The notes: generated from the letters alone by a model not told the origin. Numbered from the stretch's first letter, positions 25,444-33,418 are shown. The stretch is 64,000 nt of DNA from an uncultured Desulfobacterales bacterium (GCA_964443135.1 CAYUBQ010000003.1:62174-126173), one strand, 5' to 3'. Numbers and translations are program-made.

Positions 25444-26735
25444 GGCGCGCCTTCCCCGAGCCCCCTGGCGAGGGCCAGGGTCCGCTCCCCGAGCATGTGG
25501 GTGAACGAGCCCAGCTCGTTGTCGTACCAGCCGTACACCACCACCTGGTTCACCGGCGCCTCCACCGTGCACCCCTCCCCCTCAAACGAGCCTTCCGGGG
25601 AGATGCGGCAGCCGGGCGTGACCGAGACCCGCACCTTGCCGCGCTGGACGCGCGTCTCCCGCCCCTCGACCACGGCCGCGGCCGCGGTCCCGATGATGTC
25701 GGAGCTGACGTTCTGGGAGTCGGAGTAGGAGAGGTAAGGGCTCAGGTAGCCGTTGGCCGCGTTTCGGTACATCTCGTTGACGCCCTCGCGGGAGACCGGC
25801 CGCTCCGGGTCGTCCTGGAAATTCACCATCAGGATCACGATGGAGCCCGTGGTGTTGGGGACCCTCACGGCCTCGGCCACGAAGTCGATCTGCTCCATCT
25901 CGGGGATCACCAGGGCGGCGGCCTTGGCCGCGCCGGTACTGGTCAGGATGATGTTGTCCAGAACGGCCCGATTCTTCCGGAGATCGCTCTTCCCCGCCTT
26001 GGGGAGGCTGTCCAGCACCCCCTGGGTGGAGGTGGCCGCGTGGACGGTCACCATGGAAGCCCCCAGGACGGGCTTGATGCCGAAGCGGTCCAGGATCGTC
26101 TTCATCAGGAAGGCCAGACAGGTGGTCGTGCAGGAGGCCGTGGAGACGATGTCGTGCCGCGCCGGGTCGTAGGCCTCGTCGTTGATCCCCTGGATGGTGG
26201 TGACGGCGTCCTCGGGCATTCCCCCGGACTCGTCCTTGATCTTGAAGGGGGCCGAGAGCACCACCTTCCGGGCCCCCGCCTCCAGGTGCCCCCGCAGCGC
26301 ACCCTTGGGGGCGTCGGCCGGTACGGTGGGATCCCGGAAGACCCCGGTGCAGTCCACCACCAGGGAGACGCCCTGCCCGGACCAGTCGATCTCCCTGGGG
26401 TTCCGGTCCTTTCTGAGGACGGTCACCGGGGTGCCGTTGACCCGCATGGTCCCGGCCGACTCGTCCAGCTCCTCGATGACCGGTCCGCCCCGGAAGCCGT
26501 GGATGTAGCGGCCCAGGGGGCCGTAGGTGCTGTCGCGGGCCAGGTAGTCGGCGATGTCCTCGAGACCCTGTCCCGCCTCGCGGCCGATGTTCACCACGAT
26601 GCGCTCGAAAGAGCCCCGCGCCGCGTGATGCCAGAGCAGGAGCTTCCCGATCCGGCCCATGCCGTTGATTCCGAGAGGCATGGCAAGGGGGGGCTGGATT
26701 TGGGAGAACACGGGATGATCCTTGGCGTCGAGCAT
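25440..26735 (-). CDS. gap: Glyceraldehyde-3-phosphate dehydrogenase, divergent long form
   Basis: INGMGRIGK Rossmann motif, STASCTTTCL active-site Cys and WYDNELG near the C-terminus. 431 aa with insertions. AAGGAGG RBS. Confidence 0.88.
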   Translation of the reverse strand: MLDAKDHPVFSQIQPPLAMPLGINGMGRIGKLLLWHHAARGSFERIVVNIGREAGQGLEDIADYLARDSTYGPLGRYIHGFRGGPVIEELDESAGTMRVNGTPVTVLRKDRNPREIDWSGQGVSLVVDCTGVFRDPTVPADAPKGALRGHLEAGARKVVLSAPFKIKDESGGMPEDAVTTIQGINDEAYDPARHDIVSTASCTTTCLAFLMKTILDRFGIKPVLGASMVTVHAATSTQGVLDSLPKAGKSDLRKNRAVLDNIILTSTGAAKAAALVIPEMEQIDFVAEAVRVPNTTGSIVILMVNFQDDPERPVSREGVNEMYRNAANGYLSPYLSYSDSQNVSSDIIGTAAAAVVEGRETRVQRGKVRVSVTPGCRISPEGSFEGEGCTVEAPVNQVVVYGWYDNELGSFTHMLGERTLALARGLGEGAP

Positions 26736-26868
26736 CTCAACCTCCTTGTCGGGGCGCGGCGTCGTCGTCCGGACCGACTGGAACCGATGCGCTGCGCCGC
26801 AGTTCACGGAAAAAGCCCGGCCCGTCGCCGGTGCCGGGCTTTTCCGCCTCGTTCGAACTGGGACCGGT

Positions 26869-27072
26869 TTACGAGGTGCTTTCCGATTTGGAGAAGTGGA
26901 GCTTCCCTTCCCCAGGAACGCTCTTGGGATCCAACAGCCGGGACGCGTCGTCCACACAGTTGGACTTCTCCTCCTCGCTCACGGAGTTGGGGTCCCGGAG
27001 CGCTCCCATGTCGCACAGAAAGCGGTTTCCTGCGTTGTCCTTCACCCAGACCATCGGTTCGTCGCTTGCCAT
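26869..27072 (-). CDS. Small hypothetical protein (67 aa)
   Basis: MASDEPMVWVKDNAGNRFLCDMGALRDPNSVSEEEKSNCVDDASR... with an AAGGAG RBS. Confidence 0.5.
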   Translation of the reverse strand: MASDEPMVWVKDNAGNRFLCDMGALRDPNSVSEEEKSNCVDDASRLLDPKSVPGEGKLHFSKSESTS

Positions 27073-27190
27073 GACATGCTCCTTTCTTTTGTCTTCGGGG
27101 TTTTCGCAGTTACCCGTCCCCGCCGTGAAAGCGTCTCCGGCGGGGGGTTCTCTTGTTTTGATTGCCTCGTCAAACGGACATGACCGGAGT

Positions 27191-27319
27191 CCGGTCACCC
27201 CGCTGATGAAAACCGGGTGTTTTCGTAGGGCGGGGTTTTACACCACGCCGTGCTTGTCGCAAGCCTTGCGGCGGCATGTGAGGCCCACCGCGGGGCATTT
27301 TCACGGTGAACAGTACCCG
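27191..27319 (+). repeat. REP-like dispersed repeat, family 2, copy A
   Basis: About 130 bp clearly alignable with 61520..61660. Shared blocks are CCGGTCACCCCGCTGATGAAAAC, CGTAGGGCGGGGTTTTACACC, GTGCTTGTCGCAAGCCTTGCGGCGGC and TTTTCACGGT. Confidence 0.75.
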
Positions 27320-27381
27320 TTCACCGGGCTCGGCGCCCATGGGGTCCGGGCCGTATTCGCGCCTCGAGGCCCATGTAACCC

Positions 27382-27699
27382 TTACGATGGAAAGGGGTGC
27401 TCCGACTTGAACATAAAGATGTACGCTCCGTGGTTCACGTTCACCGTGAGGTTGCCCCCGTGGGACTTGGCATAGTTCACCCACCCCGGGTCGCCGCCCT
27501 CCTCCTCGCAGCTCTCCTCCGGCGAGGCCTTGCCGCTGCTCCGGTCGTACCAGGCCAAAAGCATGGGGTCGCTGTCGTATTTCCTCACCCTGTGGAGGGC
27601 GGCCTCGCGAGCGGTTTCGAAGTCCAGGTTCTTTTCGTCGATGTTCTCGAAGGTTTCCCCGGGAAAATCGACCTGCTCGACGGGCTTGCTGGTGGCCAT
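27382..27699 (-). CDS. Small conserved hypothetical protein (recalls the AF1514/DUF5619-type family, unverified)
   Basis: 105 aa, MATSKPVEQVDFPGETFENIDEKNLDFETAREAALHRVRKYDSDPMLLAWYD.... AAGGAGG RBS. Confidence 0.6.
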   Translation of the reverse strand: MATSKPVEQVDFPGETFENIDEKNLDFETAREAALHRVRKYDSDPMLLAWYDRSSGKASPEESCEEEGGDPGWVNYAKSHGGNLTVNVNHGAYIFMFKSEHPFPS

Positions 27700-27744
27700 G
27701 ACGGTGATCCTCCTTTTCGGTTTGCTCTCGGCCCGCCCCGGGCT

Positions 27745-28233
27745 CTACCTGGGCTGGCTGAAGATGTAGTCCTGGTTCTTCTTCACGCTGTGACACTCGA
27801 TGCAGCCGTCGACCTTGCCCTCGGCCATGATCTTTCCGTCCGGTCCGTACTTGGCCCAGAACCAGTCGCCCGCCTCGGGATTGTACCCTTCGACCTTGTA
27901 CATGGGGGTCACGGCGGCGAGCGTCTCGCGATCCTCGGCATAGTTCTCCTTCACCAGGATCGCCCGGTCCGGCAAGGGTTTTCCCTCCTTCGCGGCCCGC
28001 ACGGCGACGTCGTTGGCATAGAGCCTGAGGTAGGCCCCGTGGGGGCTTTTCCCCTCGTACATGCCCTCCCAGCCCGGGAACGGTTCCCAGTCCTTGTAGT
28101 CATGCGTCTCGGCGATGTAGCTCCAGAGCTCCTTCCCGTCGGGCGCCGGCATCTTGCCGTGCATGCCCGCCCAGGCGATCTGGATGGCAAGCATCGACGC
28201 CAGGGCTGCTCCCACCATCCAAAAACGTTTCAT
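27745..28233 (-). CDS. Cytochrome P460-family protein
   Basis: Signal peptide, a family-like core (DWEPFPGW, YANDVA, LVKENY, WFWAKY) and a single C-terminal haem motif CIECH. Confidence 0.8.
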   Translation of the reverse strand: MKRFWMVGAALASMLAIQIAWAGMHGKMPAPDGKELWSYIAETHDYKDWEPFPGWEGMYEGKSPHGAYLRLYANDVAVRAAKEGKPLPDRAILVKENYAEDRETLAAVTPMYKVEGYNPEAGDWFWAKYGPDGKIMAEGKVDGCIECHSVKKNQDYIFSQPR

Positions 28234-28289
28234 GTCGGTCTCCTTTCGTCTGTGATCGGTCCTTCGGTGCCGGTGAACCCGCCGGATCC

Positions 28290-28511
28290 TCAGCTCAGGC
28301 CGAAGCCCATGGACGCGTACTCGTCGATCTTTTCCTTGGCCTCCGGAAGGGTCTTCCCCAGAGACCAGGGCTCCATGAACCCGCCCATCATCAGCTTCCA
28401 GCCCTCGGCCTCGTCGTAGAAGATCTCCGCATCTTCCTTGCAGGAAACCCCGCACGACTCCCTTCCCACGGCGTTGACCAGGTGCTCCATGAGCTCGTTT
28501 TTCCCCTCCAT
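28290..28511 (-). CDS. Small hypothetical protein (73 aa)
   Basis: MEGKNELMEHLVNAVGRESCGVSCKEDAEIFYDEAEGWKLMMGG.... It starts 9 nt after the rubrerythrin stop. Confidence 0.45.
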   Translation of the reverse strand: MEGKNELMEHLVNAVGRESCGVSCKEDAEIFYDEAEGWKLMMGGFMEPWSLGKTLPEAKEKIDEYASMGFGLS

Positions 28512-28520
28512 GGCCCCCCC

Positions 28521-29015
28521 TCAGATCACCTTGTGGAACGCCTTGCGTACGGCACCGCAGACCTGGCAGTACTCGGGCGGTTCCCGCGTGACCACGTGAC
28601 CGCAGGCGTTGCAGACAAAGTACTCCTCCACGAGGAACTTATCCTGCTCCACGAGGGCCTTGCCCAGGAGCCGGTGATGGCCCTTTTCCACCTCCGATGC
28701 ATGGGAGAAGCTGATCTCCGGTCCCTCCTCGCCCTCCTCGCGGGCCTCGGAGATCATCCGGGGATACAGGCTTTCGAACTCCTTGGCCTCGCTCTCCACG
28801 GCGTCCTGGACGTTGTCCCACGTCCCCCGAATCTTCTTCAGGTAGCTCAGGTGGCGGCGGGCGTGAACGGCCTCGGAGGCCGCCAGCGCCATGAACAGCT
28901 TGTACACGCCGTCCTGGTAGTCGTCCGCAGCCTTCTGGGCATAGATCAGGTACTTCTGGTAGGCGCGGCTCTCGCCGGTGAACGCCTCTTCCAGGTTCTT
29001 TTCCGTCTTCGACAT
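28521..29015 (-). CDS. rbr: Rubrerythrin
   Basis: Diiron ExxH motifs (ESRAYQKY, SEAVHARRH, EVEKGHHRL) plus a C-terminal rubredoxin-like CNACG...CQVCG. Confidence 0.92.
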   Translation of the reverse strand: MSKTEKNLEEAFTGESRAYQKYLIYAQKAADDYQDGVYKLFMALAASEAVHARRHLSYLKKIRGTWDNVQDAVESEAKEFESLYPRMISEAREEGEEGPEISFSHASEVEKGHHRLLGKALVEQDKFLVEEYFVCNACGHVVTREPPEYCQVCGAVRKAFHKVI

Positions 29016-29267
29016 GGTTGCCCTCCTCGCTCGAGCGTTCGTCTTTCTTTTCTATCCTCCGAAAAGCGGCCTCGATCCACAATGGGGTTGAACCCCCATT
29101 CGCGAAGGTCCCCGTGTGTAGACGGGATGAGGGTCCGAAGAATCGATGAGGCAAAAGGGGTCGGGACCATATACAGGATGGCGTGTATTGATCTGGAGGA
29201 TTCCGGTTTGCGATCCTGATGAAACCGGGAAGGGTCCCGGTGCATTCCAGTAAAAAAGGAGGTTCAA

Positions 29268-29483
29268 ATGCCGCATCACGACAAGCCGATGAAAGACAAG
29301 GACTACGATCTGGTGAGCACGCTCTATCACGCGCTGCAGGGGGTCGAGAAGAGCGACGTCTATCTCCTGGACGCGGAAAAGGCCGGAGACGAGGCCGTGA
29401 CGTCGTTCATGCAGGAAGCGCGGAAGAGGTACAGCGAGATCTCCGAGAAGGCCAAATCCCTGCTCGGAGAGCGGCTCGGCTGA
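29268..29483 (+). CDS. Small hypothetical protein (71 aa)
   Basis: MPHHDKPMKDKDYDLVSTLYHALQGVEKSDVYLLDAEKAGDEAVTSFMQEARKRY.... Strong AAAAAGGAGG RBS. Confidence 0.55.
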   Translation: MPHHDKPMKDKDYDLVSTLYHALQGVEKSDVYLLDAEKAGDEAVTSFMQEARKRYSEISEKAKSLLGERLG

Positions 29484-29604
29484 CAATCCTCCGCGGACCC
29501 TCGACGAACGGGGTCCGGGGAACCCCGTGCCGCCCGTTTGCGCAGGGGTTCCGCCGGACCCGTCCGTTCAACCTGTTTCCACGCCGTGGAAGGGAGGAAA
29601 AGGG

Positions 29605-29820
29605 ATGGCCATTTCGGGCAAGTATGGGAAAATTGACATTCCCGGCATCGGTCCGGACGAGCCGGTGTTCGTTCTGCGGGCCAAGGACAAGCTCGCCGCC
29701 CCGACCCTGCGGATCTACCGGGAGCTTGCAGAGAGCCACCTGTCGCCGGTGATCGGGGGACTGGACGACGAGATCCAGCGTTTCCAGGAGTGGGAAGGGC
29801 TCAAGGAGCTCCCGGATTGA
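29605..29820 (+). CDS. Small hypothetical protein (71 aa)
   Basis: MAISGKYGKIDIPGIGPDEPVFVLRAKDKLAAPTLRIYRELAESH.... GGGAGGAAAAGGG RBS. Confidence 0.5.
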   Translation: MAISGKYGKIDIPGIGPDEPVFVLRAKDKLAAPTLRIYRELAESHLSPVIGGLDDEIQRFQEWEGLKELPD

Positions 29821-30049
29821 GGCGGCCGCGCATCGATCCCCCCGTCTTGTATCCTACCAATCTAGTCCTATATTGGTTCACGGGCGGGGCCTGGATCCTC
29901 GCCCGCAGACCGGGTAAGGACGGTGCAGGATGGAGGACAGGAGAAGAGCCGGATTCGACCGCCGAAGCGGTCGGGATCGGCGGCAGGTCTTCTGCCTGGA
30001 CTACCTCATCCATGGCGGTGTCGAGCCAAGGAGCTGGACGGGTCGCACC

Positions 30050-30568
30050 TCAGGCCTGCTCGCGGGCCGCGCGGAGTGCGGCGTCGTAGTCGGGCGGGTC
30101 GGAGATCTCGCCCACCAGCTGGCGGTAGGCGATCTTTCCGCCCGAATCGATCACGAACACGGCCCGGGCCAGCAGCCTCAGCTCCTTGATGAGGACGCCG
30201 AAGGACTCGCCGAAGGCGGCGTCCCGGTGGTCCGAGAGCAGGGTCACGTTGGAGGCCCCGTGCTCGTCGGCCCACCGCTTCTGGGCGAAGGGCAGGTCCA
30301 TGCTCACCACCACCATCCGGACCTTCCCGGGCAGGGACTCGGCCTCCCGGTTGAACCGCTTGGTCTCCTCGGAGCAGACCGAGGTGTCGAGGGAGGGTAC
30401 GGAGGCTGCGATGAGGACCCCTCCGGCCCGCAGCTCCTCCAGGGTCGCGTCGCTCAGGTCGTTGGCGAGCAGGCTGACGCCGGGCGCCGGGTCTCCCGGA
30501 CCCACCTCCTTGCCCACGAGGGTCAAGGGGTTTCCCTGGAAGGTCACTTCATCCTTTCGTTCGCTCAT
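30050..30568 (-). CDS. tpx: Thiol peroxidase (atypical 2-Cys peroxiredoxin)
   Basis: The SVPSLDTSVCSEET peroxidatic Cys context and a length of 172 aa match Tpx. Confidence 0.92.
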   Translation of the reverse strand: MSERKDEVTFQGNPLTLVGKEVGPGDPAPGVSLLANDLSDATLEELRAGGVLIAASVPSLDTSVCSEETKRFNREAESLPGKVRMVVVSMDLPFAQKRWADEHGASNVTLLSDHRDAAFGESFGVLIKELRLLARAVFVIDSGGKIAYRQLVGEISDPPDYDAALRAAREQA

Positions 30569-30942
30569 GTCGCTCTCCTTTTCTGCGTCTCCATCCGATT
30601 TTCGATGAAATCCTCGAGGGCCTCGGCGTTGTTGTGCTCCTCGTCGCGCGCGGCGAAGAGCAGGGTCACGTTTTCCCTCCCGGCCCGGGCGGCGAGGCGG
30701 TCCAGGATCTTCTCCTTGGGGGCCGCCCTGAGCTCGGCCCGGTATCGCTGCCTGAACTTGCCCCACCTGCGGGGGTCGTGGTCGAACCAGTTCCGGAGCC
30801 GGCTGCTCGGCGCCAGCTCCTCGAGCCAGTCGGTCAGCGACGCCTCCTCCTTGGAGACGCCTCGGGGCCACAGGGCGTCCACCAGGTAGCGGTCCCCGTC
30901 CTCCGGATCGGGGGGCTCGTAGATCCGTTTCGTCTTCACCAT
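30565..30942 (-). CDS. DUF488-family protein
   Basis: MVKTKRIYEPPDPEDGDRYLVDALWPRGVSKEEASLTDWLEELAPSSRLRNWF... is the canonical DUF488 pattern. Its stop abuts the tpx start. Confidence 0.8.
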   Translation of the reverse strand: MVKTKRIYEPPDPEDGDRYLVDALWPRGVSKEEASLTDWLEELAPSSRLRNWFDHDPRRWGKFRQRYRAELRAAPKEKILDRLAARAGRENVTLLFAARDEEHNNAEALEDFIENRMETQKRRAT

Positions 30943-31202
30943 GCCTGCCTCCGCAGCCTGTTGCGACCCTTTGTCGCTTCTCGGCACAAGAATGGTCCCG
31001 GATCGGGCGGCCGTCAATGGGGTGAATCCCCCAAATTGTGTGGTCCCCCCGTTCCGCCTCCCCGGGAGAAGGGGCTTGTGTTCGGCAGGATGCTGCATTA
31101 GGGTGGAGATCGAAGGCTCGCTGGACGCTTACGACCTTGGCGGCGTGTGGCGGGCCCTTTCTCACAAGCCGGGTCGGCCGGGAAGGCCGGGAAGGACAAA
31201 GC

Positions 31203-31361
31203 GTGGGCAGGCCCAACTACAAGTTTCAAAAGCGACAGAAGGAGCTGGCGAAACAGAAAAAAAAGGAAGAAAAGCGAAAGCGCAAGCAGGAGAAGCGAGA
31301 GGAGACCTCGGAAGACCGTCCGGACGAGACCGAAGAGGCGGGTCCCGAGGAAACGGCCTGA
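31203..31361 (+). CDS. Small highly charged protein (52 aa, GTG start)
   Basis: (M)GRPNYKFQKRQKELAKQKKKEEKRKRKQEKREETSEDRPDETEEAGPEETA. Lys/Glu-rich composition is atypical for a GC-artefact ORF. Confidence 0.45.
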   Translation: MGRPNYKFQKRQKELAKQKKKEEKRKRKQEKREETSEDRPDETEEAGPEETA

Positions 31362-31424
31362 GGCGCACCCGGGGTGATCGACTCCTTCGTCCCGACGGCG
31401 GAAAGGTCTGCGGACGGCCCTGGT

Positions 31425-32849
31425 CTACCGGGGCTCGAACTGCCGCTTGGCCGCCAGGAAGGCGGGAAGGTGGCGGGCCAGGTGCCACAGGCTGTGGCGG
31501 TGCTGCCAGAGTCGCCTGCGGAACCTTTTCCGCCAAGCCGGGCTCGTGTAGAAACGCTTCACGTGGCGGTTGTAGAGCGCTTCCAGGATCTCCCGGGAGG
31601 AGATCCCCCCGGGGAGGAACACGAAGTTCAGGCAGTTCATCTTCCGCCAGTCCTCCTCCAGCTCGCCCTGCTCGTGGATGGAGGACCAGACGGGCGCGCC
31701 GGGAAAGGGCGTGAACTTGCTCATGTTCATGTCGTCCAGGTCCAGGGAGAGCACGAAGTCGCCGGTCCTTCGAATCGAGGCCTCGGTCTCGCCCGGGAGG
31801 CCCATCATGAAGAGGCCCTTGACCCGGAGCCCGGCCGACTGAATCCGCCGCACCGTCTCCCGGGCCTCCTCCATTCGGACCCCCGGCTTGTGCAGCTCCA
31901 TCAGGTCCGGGTCCCCCGTTTCGATCCCCACCGAGATCATGAGACAACCCGCCCGTTTCAGCATGCGGAGGAGGTCGTCGTCCGCGTGTCCCACACGGAG
32001 AGCGCAGTTGAAGCGGAGGCCGAGGGGCTTGGACTCGAGCAGCCTGCAGAGCCGGGCGATCCGCCGGCGGTCCATGGTGAACAGATCGTCGTAGAAGTTG
32101 ATGTGGCGGATGCCGAAGCGGGTTCGGAGGTAGCTCATGTGCTCGTAGACGTAGTCGGCGGAGTGGGACCGGAAACCCTGCCGGAACACGGATCGGTCGC
32201 AGTAGGAGCAGCGGTAGACGCAACCCCGGCTGGTGACCATGGTGGCGCCGGGACGGTCGATGTAGCTGAAGAGGGGAAGATGGTACGCCGAAGGAAAGCC
32301 GGCCAGCTTCTCGTAGGCGGGGAAGGGCAGCGCGTCCAGGTCGGGGATGGGTTTCCGGGGCGGGTTGGTGACGGGCCGTCCCCCGTCCCTCCACACCAGG
32401 CCGGGGATGGTGGAGGGGGCGTTTCCGGCGGCCAGCTCGGAGAGGGTGATCTCGCCCTCCCCCAGGCAGAGGCAGTCGATCGCCTGGAACTCACGCAGCA
32501 GCCGCTCCCCCAGGGAGGAGACGTGGACCCCGCCGAAGACCACGCGGGTTCCGGGTGCGGCCCGCTTGATGCGGCAAGCCAGATCGTAACCCTCCAGGAA
32601 TCCCGAGGTGGTGGCCGAGAGCCCCACCAGGTCCGGGGCATGAGACAGGATCGCGCTCGCGTGGCCGTCCGGGATCCGGGGGGCCTCCGGTCCGAGCCCG
32701 TCGTGGACGCGCACGTCGTGGCCGTCGCGCTCGAGGCAGGCGGCCATGGACAGAATTCCCAACGGGGCCATGCGGTTGGCGGTCGGGGTGACGTCTTTTT
32801 TCCCCGGCATCCAGTTGGAACCGGCGGGGTGGACGAGGACGATCCTCAT
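31425..32849 (-). CDS. B12-binding-domain radical SAM protein
   Basis: N-terminal cobalamin-binding-like domain (MRIVLVHPA...LGILSMAA) and the radical SAM motif SRGCVYRCSYCD. Confidence 0.88.
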   Translation of the reverse strand: MRIVLVHPAGSNWMPGKKDVTPTANRMAPLGILSMAACLERDGHDVRVHDGLGPEAPRIPDGHASAILSHAPDLVGLSATTSGFLEGYDLACRIKRAAPGTRVVFGGVHVSSLGERLLREFQAIDCLCLGEGEITLSELAAGNAPSTIPGLVWRDGGRPVTNPPRKPIPDLDALPFPAYEKLAGFPSAYHLPLFSYIDRPGATMVTSRGCVYRCSYCDRSVFRQGFRSHSADYVYEHMSYLRTRFGIRHINFYDDLFTMDRRRIARLCRLLESKPLGLRFNCALRVGHADDDLLRMLKRAGCLMISVGIETGDPDLMELHKPGVRMEEARETVRRIQSAGLRVKGLFMMGLPGETEASIRRTGDFVLSLDLDDMNMSKFTPFPGAPVWSSIHEQGELEEDWRKMNCLNFVFLPGGISSREILEALYNRHVKRFYTSPAWRKRFRRRLWQHRHSLWHLARHLPAFLAAKRQFEPR

Positions 32850-33072
32850 GACGGGCTCCGCTTCCGGGACCTCCGCCGTCCTCGACGGCGGATGAATGGT
32901 CACTGTACCACGATCGAGCACGGGTCGCACGTCCTGATCGGGCGCCCGTGAATGCCGGCCGGGGAACCCGGTTCGGGCGTGGTCGGGGCGCAGGGTGCCC
33001 CTGCGGCAATGGGATGGACATTCGGGCGTGATTTGGGTAGATTCGGAATCGATTGTGCGTCCCTGCCCGGGC

Positions 33073-33393
33073 GATTGACGCATTCGCAGAAACCCGCTCA
33101 CGCGCCGCTGGGGAGGGTATCACCTGTTGAAATCTCGTGGGCAGATCTCGAGGATTCGGGTTTTTTGCGACTCCATCAGGATTGACGCATTCGCAGAAAC
33201 CCGCTCACGCGCCGCTGGGGAGGGTATCACCTGTTGAAATCTCGTGGGCAGATCTCGAGGATTCGGGTTTTTTGCGACTCCATCAGGATTGACGCATTCG
33301 CAGAAACCCGCTCACGCGCCGCTGGGGACGATATCACCTGTTGAAATTCCAGGGGCAGATCTCGAGGATTCGGGTTTTTGCGACGCCATCACG
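33073..33393 (+). repeat. Tandem array of three 107-bp units (family 1): copies 1 and 2 identical, copy 3 diverged
   Basis: Units start at 33073, 33180 and 33287. Each carries TTGAAA-N17-GAGGAT and the core GCAGATCTCGAGGATTCGGGT(5-6)GCGAC. Confidence 0.95.
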
Positions 33394-33418
33394 ATTCTAC
33401 TCAACGGAGGTTGTGGTC

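Noticed and set aside
27202-27215. CUGAUGA...GAAA hammerhead-ribozyme-like core in the family-2 repeat (also at about 61532)
   Set aside because: CTGATGAAAAC has no helix II between CUGAUGA and GAAA. Only 6 nt separate the preceding GUC from the core, so the three-helix junction cannot form.
29930-30889. Full-length 319-aa plus-strand ORF
   Set aside because: Beyond about the first 45 residues it is simply the open antisense frame of tpx and DUF488. Only the N-terminal DRR-repeat segment is discussed as a finding.
33075-33185. 36-codon TTG..TGA frame in each 107-bp repeat unit (LTHSQKPAHAPLGRVSPVEISWADLEDSGFLRLHQD), with TTGA overlaps between units
   Set aside because: The dispersed copy at 56616 hits TAA after 15 codons. 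Copy 3 loses the frame through a T6-to-T5 change. The 61.4-kb copy is not frame-conserved either. There is no RBS, and conservation is at the nucleotide level rather than the codon level.
33073-33393. Possible CRISPR array
   Set aside because: The units abut directly with no unique spacers. The 107-bp period is far longer than CRISPR repeats, and there are no cas genes in the window.
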